A stretch of DNA of 64,000 nt from Candidatus Latescibacterota bacterium (lineage in GTDB: Bacteria; Latescibacterota; UBA2968; UBA8231). The stretch lies in contig OZ253462.1 of assembly GCA_965261395.1 (NCBI GenBank), positions 6,080,001-6,144,000 of the forward strand, in the 5' to 3' direction. The notes beneath the pieces were generated by a model that saw only the letters and a list, made by a program, of their open reading frames with translations, searched no databases and was not told where the DNA came from. Positions within the stretch are counted from its first letter, which is position 1. Every line of letters begins with the position of its first letter. Shown one piece after another: positions 48,022 through 57,316 of this stretch. A program made the translations under genes and the position numbers.

Positions 48022-49818
48022 TCATTTCCCGATGTGCCCGCTTCCTTGGGATTTGCGCTCGAGCCACACCGGGCTCAGCCAAGCCTTGTGCCCATCCACT
48101 TGGCGCAGACGCAGGTAATAGTAGGCTTCTCTGCCTGCTGGAGCGGGCAAAGAGACTGCATTTAGCTCGACATCCCACTCTCCGGGCGTGGCGCGCCAAA
48201 CGCATTGACCATTGGAAATGACCTCAACCACCTCAATGGGAGCCGTGCCGTGCAGGGAGGCGTCAAAGAGCACTTCTTCGTCTTTTCCTAGGCAAGCGGT
48301 GCTCCCCATCGGATTGCCATTCACGGATAGCTGACACAGAATAGGCACGCCCGAAGTGGCGTACGTAGAGCGCTGGTCCATGGCCTGCCAGATGGCATCG
48401 CGGGTCAGTTCGCTAGCCAGGAAACAGGTTAGCCCGATATATTTGCCGCCCATTTGCGTCGGAAAACCGTGGTGGTTATCCGTGCCGCCCACAAAGCCCA
48501 GTCGCCACCCCATCGACAGTGCATTCTGCACAGAGGCTTTGTGTCCGCCATTGATTATGCCCCAGGCCTCATCCAGTTCATCGGCTTCAAAGTTGCCCCG
48601 TCCTTGCACGACCTCGACGAGCCGGACGCGCTCATTCGGCTGCGACCAGTGGTAATGGGACCAGTATTGTCCTCCTGCGATATTAGTGTGGTGCGGCACC
48701 ACTACGGCGTCTTCGGGCCAGGGTATTGCGGATGGATTGAGTTCGGGCTGCCAGTAGCCGGGACCGGCATCGACGGCGGGAGAACGCAAATAGATATTGG
48801 CGTGTCCCAGAATATTGGAACTCTCCCAAGCCGGCAGAGTGACAAAGCGGCCCGGCTGGTAAAAGCTTTGATTGACTCTGAGCGTTTCTTCCCAGGCCAG
48901 GCCCAGGGGTGCGTGGTCTGTCGCTGCGACCACATCGAGGTTTAAGTAATCCCGGGCATAAGCGTAGGCCTCGCTCAGTTGCCGACCGCCATCCAGCGAA
49001 AGGTCCGTGTGAAAGTGGATGGCGCCAAAGAAGTGCCGCTTTGCAAAGGATTGGTCCACAACCGCCGAGCTGGCTGTCGAGCGCTTCGAAGCGCACCGGG
49101 ATTCCGGGGGAGACCCGCAGATTTTCGAGCGCGCAGCGGCCTTCGTCTTGCTCGTCGATGACCACCTCGGCGGGAAGGCCTTCGACGAGCCCGGTTGACT
49201 TCAGTGCCAGCTTACCCCGATAGGTGGGGACCGGATTGGCCAAAGCGTCGGTGGCGAATAACACAACGCGTATGCTGCCCGAATCGTCGGCCATCGAGGT
49301 GGCCCGCACTTCTAGGCGAGATGGGTTTCCGGGGATACTGCGTATCTGGACAGGTGCTCCAATGTTCGAGAAGGCGTTAGCTCCCTGTGGGCGGACCCGC
49401 AATCCGAGCCAGGCGTCGAGCCCGGCATAGGTCGTCGGGGTGGCTGGAGATGGACCATAACCTGCGCGTTTTCGCCGAGTGCCTCCGCCACGACAGCAGT
49501 GCATAGGTGGAGCTGATTGTGTTCGCCCCCTATCAGCCCGCCTCCACCGGGCGTCCCTGCTCCCCGCATCATCTCATCCCAGGTGCGCGGCGGACCATGG
49601 CCCACTACCAGACGGCCGCATCCCTCTGCCACTTCTATGCCCTCTAGGATCCAGTCCATATCGCCGAAAGCGCGAAAATTGCGGATTGTAGCGCGAATTT
49701 CGGTTCCGGCGGGCAGCCCTTGGGGACATTCCAGACCTAGGTGCAGCGACTGTTTTTCTCGCGGGGTCACGACAAACTCTCTGGGGCCACGGTAGCTCAT
49801 TTTGAGCTTTTCTAGCAT
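48022..49818 (-). pseudogene. CehA/McbA (PHP-like, DUF3604-like) metallohydrolase split by two frameshifts
   Basis: Coherent protein passes through three ORFs (49312-49842, 48683-49504, 48022-49059), shifting near 49445 and ~49070; PHP motifs 'IHFHTDLSLDG','TDH','PHH','GTDNH'. Confidence 0.7.
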
Positions 49819-49893
49819 AGAAAACCTTTCGTAGAAATTCATCCTTGCTTGTTGAGGATTAAAAAAGCGAATCTAAAGGTGCAATATTGGCCA

Positions 49894-51033
49894 TCAATAG
49901 GTCACGGCAACAGTTCGCAGTACTTCCCGGTCTGTGACCCCGGCTCCCGCAAGTTCCGCGTTGATGCGCAAACGCCCGCAGTAGATACCTGGTGCCACTT
50001 TCGCGCCGGTATCATCCCGGCCGTCCCAACTCATGCTGTACTGGCCCGTGCTCAGGGATCGCCTTTCGACTAGGTGGCGGATGCGCCGGCCACTCAGATC
50101 GTAGATGCTCAACTCGACGGGACTGTCGTCGCTGAGACGGACGACCTTAAAGACCAGAGCTGCACTATCGTTGATCCCGTCTCCATTGGGCGTGAACACG
50201 GGCGGATGCACCTCTACGTCTATTAGCAGGGCCTTGCTCTGCGCCGTGCCCAGCAGCGTGGTCGTATTACTGGCAACCGAGGCTAGGGCATCGCCTGGAT
50301 CTACTCGTTGCCAGCCCTCTCCGCCGGAGGTGCTGTGGCGCAGGGCCGCCCGCAGGATCGTTCCGGTAGAAAAGAGGGCAGTAGTAAAATCGAGCCGCAG
50401 CAACTCGATCCCATCTGAGGGGCCGATGCCCGAAAATTTTAGCTGCAGGCTGTCCTGTCGGCTGGGCAGGCGGACAACGCCCTCTAGCTGCGATCCTGCG
50501 GCAAAGTTATCGGCTTGCCCTCCGTAGAGCCCAGAAAATTGCAGCTGCATGTCGGCTGAAGCCCTCAGCAGCAATTCGTCAAAGCCGATGTCGCCAGCGG
50601 CAAATTGGGGCCGGATATAGAGTGAAAAGCGGCGTTCCACGCCCAGCGAATCGACTTGGGCGGGGAAGACCTCGCCCACTATACTTTGGACCAGAGGCTT
50701 GGCGAAGTCGATATGGATGGCCCTGAGCGCGGCGCTGGTATCAGGATTTTCCGCTAGCAGCGTGGCCCGGATCTTGAGGAACTCGCGCGGTGAAGGGGAG
50801 AGTATGGGACTGCCGGTAGGGTCGGCATAAGGTTCGCTCCAGTCGCTCCAATCGCTGCCCGGTACGGCCTCTGGAATACTATCGCCCCTAGAAAAGGAGA
50901 GCATATCCCGGTACTCCGCTTCGGTGACCTCGTTGCCGCCTTTGTCAAAATAGTGGAGGACTTGCCCCAGTTCATTGCCGGTACGGGTCTGAATTAGCAC
51001 CTGGGTCCCCGGGGGGCTATCTGCCTCCCAGTC
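49894..51033 (-). pseudogene. 5'-truncated FlgD-Ig/CHU_C-tailed exoprotein (paralog of the C-terminal ~380 aa of 26855-29635)
   Basis: 'WEADSPPGTQVLIQTRTG' aligns to 'WDADTPPGTKVELQTRTG'; no signal peptide or N-terminal domains; ends VAVTY. Confidence 0.75.
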
Positions 51034-51035
51034 AG

Positions 51036-53914
51036 CTGATCTGGGTGGCGCGCACCTTCTATGTGGCGCTGGGCGGCACAACGGCGTTGGGGCCGGTGTT
51101 GGCGACCTGGGTTCGCATCGGTCTAACCGCTGTGGTGCTGGCTGCGCCGACCTTGCTCATGGGCGGAACCCTGCCCGCCGCGGCCAGAGCCGTCGCCCGC
51201 GATAAAGATGCGGGCCGGCAGCGGGTGGCTGCGCTCTACGGCGCCAATACCTTAGGTGCTGTAAGTGGGACCCTACTGGCCACCTTTGCCCTTTTGGAAT
51301 ATCTGGGAGCCCGCGGCACGCTGTGGCTGGCCTGCGCAGTCAACGCCGCTATCGGAGTACTGGCTCTGAGGTTTTCCCATTCGGGCGTTTTTGCAAATGC
51401 AACTCATGGGCAGGGCGACCTAGCAAAAGGGGCAGGGTCGAGGCAGCCCGCTCGTCAGAGGGCATTTGTCTTGGCCGCGGCCGCGGTCGTGGGATTTGCC
51501 TTTCTGCTCATGGAGCTGGTCTGGTACCGGATGCTGGCCTCTGTGCTTGGAGGCACTACTTATACTTTTGGAATCATTCTGGCCATGGGGTTGCTGGGCA
51601 TAGGCCTGGGTAGCATCGTCTATGCCCTATGGGGGAGAAGGCAAGCCCCGGCGCTTGCCGATCTGGCACTCACCTGCGTTGTCGAAGCCCTGTGCATTGC
51701 CCTGCCCTACGCCCTGGGCGACCGGGTGGCCGTGTTGGCAGGCGAGCTGCGCCAATGGAGCAGTGCGGGGTTTGCTGGATTGCTGCTCTCGTGGACTGCG
51801 GTCACCAGCCTTGTGGTCCTGCCCACCGCTATAGTCGCCGGTTATCAATTCCCACTACTCATTGCGCTAATGGGGTCGGGAAAGCGCCGATTGGGTGGCG
51901 ATGTGGGTTGGGCCTATGCTTGGAACACCTTGGGCACCATGCTGGGCGCGTTGGCCGGAGGGTTTGCACTGCTGCCGAGTTTATCCGCCCCGGGTGCTTG
52001 GAAGTTGGCGATCTTCTTACTGGCGATTTGGGGATGGGGATTGCGGCAGTTTCGCGGATTGGCAAGGAACGTCAGCAAGCGCGGGGCGGACCGATTTGGA
52101 GGCCGGGGTTGGTACTCGCGACTGCACTGGTAGCCCTGCTGCTGACGCTGGCGACCGGGCCGACAGCGGCGTGGCGCCATAGCCCGATCGGAGCGGGCTT
52201 AGAGGTGCTCCACGGTCGCAATGCCAACGAGATGCGCGATTGGTTGCACGAACAGCGCCGGGCGGTCTTCTGGGAACGGGAGGGTAGGGAAAGCGCGGTG
52301 GCCCTGCGACTGACTGATGCGGGCCCAGCTCTTTTTTTAAATGGCAAAAGCGACGGTTCGGCCATCGGCGATGCCCCGACCCAAATTATGGGCGGCATGG
52401 TGGGGGCGATTTTACATCCGCATCCCCGCAAGGCGCTGGTCATCGGTCTGGGAACGGGAAGCAGTGCCGGCTGGCTGGGTGCCATACCCAGTGTCGAGCG
52501 AGTCGATGTAGTGGAGCTAGAGGCGGCGGTGATCGAAGCAGCGCCGGTGTTTGAGACCGTCAACAAAGATGTCCTCGGCAATGCCAAGGTACACCTGCTC
52601 ATTGGGGACGCGCGGGAAGCCGTGCTGACCGGTCGTCGGCGTTACGACCTTGTCTTTTCCGAACCCTCGAATCCCTTCAGGGCCGGTGTCTCCAGCCTCT
52701 ACACCCGGGAATTTTACCAGGGCATTGCTGCGCGACTCGATGAAGGAGGTCTGTTCCTCCAGTGGCTACAGGCCTACGAAATAGACCCGGAAACCATCCA
52801 GACCATCTACGCCAGTCTCGGCTCGGTCTTCCCATTTGTAGAAACCTGGCAGACCAAGAAGCGGGATCTACTGCTGGTCGCTTCTTTAAAGCCCGTGTCC
52901 TACGACGTCTCCCGGCTGCGAGCCCGGATTGCGGAGGAGCCTTACCGCAGCGCGCTGGCAGTAGCTTGGCGGTCGGTTGATTTGGAAGGTTTTTTGGCCC
53001 ACTTCGTCGCCGGTCCCCAAACCGCGCGTCTTTGGAGTGCTCGGGCGGAGCTGAACACGGACGACCGCACGCAGGTCGAATATGCCTTAGCGCGAAGTTT
53101 GGGTGCCAGACAGCACTTCGACGTGGAGACACTCGAGAATTTGGCTCGCGACGGCCAAGAGCATAGGCCGCAGATTGCGAACGGTACGGTGGATTGGGAA
53201 CGGGTGCAAAGTCAGCGCATTGCCTTCTTGATCGGTCAGGGAGAACGCCTCCATCCGCGTCGATATCCCCACTTGAACGCCGACCAGAAAAACCGTATGA
53301 AGGCTCTGGCGGCTTGGCAACAAGGCGAGTTGACCACCGCGCTCGAATGGTGGTCCAAGCAATCGGATCCACCTGCGGGTCTGCACGAACAGCTATTTGT
53401 GGCGGCCATCATGGCCCACAATCAGCGCGAGGAAACGCTGCAGTATGCCGAGCGGCTGCGGGCATTCCAACCGATCGAAGCCGATATCATTATGGCCATT
53501 CTGCACACCCGCCAAGGGCGGACTGATAAAGGGGTGGCCGCGCTGGAGTCGGCCTTTTTAGGCTGTCGGACCGACCCATGGGCTTGGCCTGCGCTGGTGA
53601 AGAGCGCCCTAGCGCTGGCTGTGGATTTGGGGACCCGGGATGCGGGTCATGCGCGCCGGCTGTACAATGCCCTGCGCCAACCCTTTGTCATGGACTTTGC
53701 CAAAGAGGGACGTCTGGAGACTCTGTTGAATTTGAGCTTTCGGCTCGATTCACCGCGCGGCTGTATAGAGGTGCTCGAACAATTGGAGCCGCATATACCG
53801 TGGAAGCGCAAACTGCTCGAAGCCAGGGTGCGGTGCTATCGGGCTGGAGGCCATGCCAATAGCGAGAAGGCACAGCGGGATCTGGATGCCTATGTGGGGG
53901 CAGATGGAAATTGA
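51036..53914 (+). pseudogene. 5'-truncated, frameshifted fused MFS/spermidine synthase
   Basis: Begins mid-TM region (lacks the 'SG..LxYQ/E..W.R' N-terminus seen in 21689); frameshift at ~52027 (gcgatttgggg); intact 'VIGLGTG','DVVELE','GDAR','YDLVFSEPSNP'. Confidence 0.75.
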
Positions 53915-54014
53915 TGTAATATAGTAGCCTAGTAGCCTATTATTTTATCCGCTCAAAATGGCCAAAGTCCAGTTGCAGGCGGTGGAGGAGTTACAGTAGC
54001 AGATGGCGGAATTT

Positions 54015-54070
54015 TTGACCGAACGGGGTATATATCGTAAAATAGTCATAACCGTTTTGCGATATATACC
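54015..54070 (+). promoter_or_regulatory. Sigma70 promoter overlapped by a 20-bp inverted repeat
   Basis: TTGACC-N17-TAAAAT (54015-54043); arms 54027-54046 and 54051-54070 match 17/20. Confidence 0.7.
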
Positions 54071-54085
54071 TGTTTTAGTCAGCGC

Positions 54086-55291
54086 ATGAGACGCCTTTAC
54101 GAACATCTCATCCAAACGCATTTCGCCGAGAACCGACAGATGCTCTTCCTCATGGGGCCGCGCCAAGTCGGCAAGACGACTAGCGCCCGGCGGGGGGCCA
54201 CCCACAGTGGCGAAGCGGTCTATCTCAACTGGGACAACGGCGATGATCGCCAGCGCATCCTCGCCGGCCCAGCCGCTATTGCCGAAGCCATGGGCCTAGA
54301 TCGGCTGCGCGAAAATTTCCCCGTCTGCACCTTGGACGAGTTGCATAAGTTCGGGCGTTGGAAAGGGTTACTCAAAGGGCTTTTTGATACATACGGAGAC
54401 CAAGCCCGTTTTATCGTCCCAGGTAGCGCGCGTCTCGATGTCTTTAAGGCGGGCGGGGATAGTCTGATGGGGCGCTATTTCGGCTACCGCATGCACCCGC
54501 TCTCCGTGGCCGAATTGCTGGCTCCCGAAGCCGGCGCACTCGTCCGTCCTCCGGCCCCCCTCGGCGCTGGGGCCTTTGCAGACCTGCTCCAATTCGGTGG
54601 TTATCCCGAGCCGTTGCTCAAAGCTGACACCCGTTTCTGGCGCCGCTGGAGCAGCACGCGCGTCCAGCAGCTATTCAAGGAGGACCTGCGGAGTCTGACG
54701 CAGGTGCGCGAACTAGGGCAAGTGGAGACGCTGGCCGAATTGATCCGGCAACAGTGCGGCCAACTCACTAGCTATGCCAGCCTCGCCCGCGCCATTAGCG
54801 CCTCCGTGGATAGCGTCCGGCGTTGGATCGGGGTCCTCGAATCCCTCTACTTTTGCTATGCGATTCGGCCTTGGCACGTCAATGTGGCTCGCTCCCTGCG
54901 CAAGGAGCCTAAGTACTATTTGTGGGACTGGTCGCAGGCACCCAACGACGGTGCCCGCGCCGAGAATCTGGTGGCCAGCGCGCTCCTCAAAGCCGTGCAT
55001 CTTTGGAGCGACCGCGGCGAAGGGGATTTCGGCCTGTTCTTTTTGCGCGACAAGCAACAACGCGAAGTGGATTTCGTCGTCGTCCGCGACGGACGGCCTT
55101 GGTTCCTAGTCGAAGTCAAGCGCTCCGGCAACGCCTCTATTTCACCGGCCCTGCACCTATTCCAACGCCAGACGAGGGCACCGCACGCTTTCCAAGTGGC
55201 ACTAGATCTGCCCTATGTCGAACGAGACTGTTTTGCCTACCATAAACCTATTATCGTCCCGGCGCAGACCTTCCTCTCGCAACTGATTTGA
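54086..55291 (+). CDS. AAA_14 ATPase with DUF4143 / PD-(D/E)xK C-terminal domain
   Basis: Walker A GPRQVGKTT, Walker B LDE, 'GGYPE', 'EVDFVV...LVEVK'. Confidence 0.9.
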   Translation: MRRLYEHLIQTHFAENRQMLFLMGPRQVGKTTSARRGATHSGEAVYLNWDNGDDRQRILAGPAAIAEAMGLDRLRENFPVCTLDELHKFGRWKGLLKGLFDTYGDQARFIVPGSARLDVFKAGGDSLMGRYFGYRMHPLSVAELLAPEAGALVRPPAPLGAGAFADLLQFGGYPEPLLKADTRFWRRWSSTRVQQLFKEDLRSLTQVRELGQVETLAELIRQQCGQLTSYASLARAISASVDSVRRWIGVLESLYFCYAIRPWHVNVARSLRKEPKYYLWDWSQAPNDGARAENLVASALLKAVHLWSDRGEGDFGLFFLRDKQQREVDFVVVRDGRPWFLVEVKRSGNASISPALHLFQRQTRAPHAFQVALDLPYVERDCFAYHKPIIVPAQTFLSQLI

Positions 55292-55352
55292 CGCGGCGAC
55301 CTATTGGCCGGCTGCAAGATTAAAAATCTGGTGATTTAAAAGGGAATCAATC

Positions 55353-56183
55353 ATGGCACAGTCCCCCATTTTCGTCCCCGACAACAAGGAAGACATACTC
55401 GCTTTTTTTCAGCAGTATAAGTACGCCGTAGTCGCCGGTGCCCTAACACCCGACGACATCCGCACTCTCAACGCCTTTGTCGATCGCTCCAAAGGGGAAA
55501 TCCCTCGCGAATGGGGGCCTGACCGCTTGGGCGTCTTTTCGCACGGGCAAATCCTGGTTCACCATCCTGAGTTGGACCGCTTCGTCCAGCCGGCGGTCTC
55601 CTACGATCTAGTGCAGACCATCATGGCCCCCCAACCTCGCTTTGCCCAATTCGATTTTCGCGACGTGCCCGCTGGCAAGGGCGACGGCGAGATGCGCTTC
55701 CATCGCGACCGGCCCTACCAACCCACCACCGAGACCGAGCCTGAGCGTCCCTACGAATGCACCTATGTCTGCGCCATTCACTACTTGAGCGACGTGGGGG
55801 CCAGCGATCCTTGCTTTTGCGTCGTGCCGAACAGCGGCCCTTACGAGACGTTGGAGGAGGCCCGCGACCAATTGGGTCCGGATTATGAAGAAGTATCCAT
55901 CCGCGGCCCGGCCGGCACATTGGTCCTGTACGACATTGCCATTTTTCACACCCGTCTGCCCGGACAGCGCGCCCGTGCTCGGCGCACTTTGCACCACTAC
56001 TACAGCCGCGCCGCCAGTCAGCCTCTGACCAATTGGGTGCTTCTTCCCCAGCGCTTGGCCGAACATCCCGACCCGGAGCAACGCGCCTTTTACAGCCAAT
56101 GGTCCGCGGCCACCCAAGCTTATGCCGAGGCCGGTTTTTCCGCGGAGTACTACCAGGAGCACGTGCTGGACAAACTCACCTAG
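55353..56183 (+). CDS. PhyH-family Fe(II)/2OG dioxygenase
   Basis: FHRD, 'YLSDV', 'GPAGTLVLYDIAIFHTR', 'RRT'. Confidence 0.8.
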   Translation: MAQSPIFVPDNKEDILAFFQQYKYAVVAGALTPDDIRTLNAFVDRSKGEIPREWGPDRLGVFSHGQILVHHPELDRFVQPAVSYDLVQTIMAPQPRFAQFDFRDVPAGKGDGEMRFHRDRPYQPTTETEPERPYECTYVCAIHYLSDVGASDPCFCVVPNSGPYETLEEARDQLGPDYEEVSIRGPAGTLVLYDIAIFHTRLPGQRARARRTLHHYYSRAASQPLTNWVLLPQRLAEHPDPEQRAFYSQWSAATQAYAEAGFSAEYYQEHVLDKLT

Positions 56184-56235
56184 ATAGCTACTGATCGCCT
56201 ACAGCGCCTGAAGCCCTTTCCCACAGGAGCGAACC

Positions 56236-57246
56236 GTGCAAATACAAGACCTATTCACCTCCGGCCAAGAAGGCTACCATACTTACCGCATCCCCGCTTT
56301 GGCCGTAGCGCCAGATGGCGCGGTGCTGGCTTTTTGCGAAGCGCGCCGCCACACCGGCCGCGACGACGATCAAATCGACATTCTCCTGCGCCGCAGCACG
56401 GACGGCGGTCGCACTTGGGAGCCTCGCCAACGGATCGTCGCCGACGGCGAGCGCACCTGCGGCAACCCCTGCCCTGTGATCGACCGCGACCGCGACACCG
56501 TGTTGCTTCCTTTTTGCAAGGACAACCAGGAGGTCTTTGGCAGCCGCAGCACCGACGGTGGGCGCACCTGGACCGACCCTGTGGAAATTACCTCCCAGGT
56601 GAAGGCTCCTTCGTGGACCTACCTCGGCACTGGACCTGGCCACGGCATTCAACTGCAAAGCGGTCGCTTGCTCGTGCCCTCTTGGGTCGATGAAAGCCCT
56701 GGCCCGGCCACTTGGCGTCAGCCACCGCCGACTTGGGGCCAAGTGCAGTCTTCCATCGCTTTTTACAGCGACGACGGCGGCCACACTTGGCAGGCTGGAG
56801 CCAAGTTGACGCACGACGCTTCGGACGAATGCGAGGCCGTGGAAATGGCCGACGGCTCCTTGTACATGACGCTGCGCAGTCGCAACGAACGCCGCTGCCG
56901 GGGCTGGTCGCGCAGCCGCGATGGCGGTGCCACTTGGTCTGCGGTCGCCTACGAGCCGGCCCTGCCCGAACCTTCCTGCCAAGGCAGCATTGTGCGCCTC
57001 GACGACGGACGCATCTTAATGGCGCATCCCAGCAAGCCCGACGAGCGCGCCGAGTTGGTCTTGCGGCTGAGCGAGGACCAAGGTCACAGTTGGCCCATAG
57101 CGCGAGTGCTTGAGCCGGGTGCGGCTGCGTATTCCGATTTGGCGGTGGATCCCGACGGGCAGGTTTTGTGTCTATACGAGGCCGAGCACTACGGCTGTTT
57201 GCGCTTGGCCCGCTTTGAGCCGATGTGGATTGAGGGAGGGCCTTAA
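56236..57246 (+). CDS. Sialidase-family (GH33-like) BNR/Asp-box protein
   Basis: YRIP motif; five Asp-boxes (STDGGRTW x2, SDDGGHTW, SRDGGATW, SEDQGHSW); 'AYSDL...CLYE'; RBS AGGAG. Confidence 0.85.
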   Translation: MQIQDLFTSGQEGYHTYRIPALAVAPDGAVLAFCEARRHTGRDDDQIDILLRRSTDGGRTWEPRQRIVADGERTCGNPCPVIDRDRDTVLLPFCKDNQEVFGSRSTDGGRTWTDPVEITSQVKAPSWTYLGTGPGHGIQLQSGRLLVPSWVDESPGPATWRQPPPTWGQVQSSIAFYSDDGGHTWQAGAKLTHDASDECEAVEMADGSLYMTLRSRNERRCRGWSRSRDGGATWSAVAYEPALPEPSCQGSIVRLDDGRILMAHPSKPDERAELVLRLSEDQGHSWPIARVLEPGAAAYSDLAVDPDGQVLCLYEAEHYGCLRLARFEPMWIEGGP

Positions 57247-57316
57247 TGGAATCGGAAATGTGATGGTGGCCGAGGTCAAGCAGGTGCAGACCGAGTTGGG
57301 GTGTCCTTGAGAAGCG

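Noticed and set aside
51629-52030. N-terminal ~130 aa of the 761-aa ORF as a real protein start
   Set aside because: Low-complexity off-frame sequence; the real protein is in the 51045 frame until the frameshift near 52027.
49430-52040. Programmed ribosomal frameshifting at the split genes
   Set aside because: No X XXY YYZ slippery heptamer or stimulatory structure seen; single-base losses in short runs fit mutation or sequencing error better.
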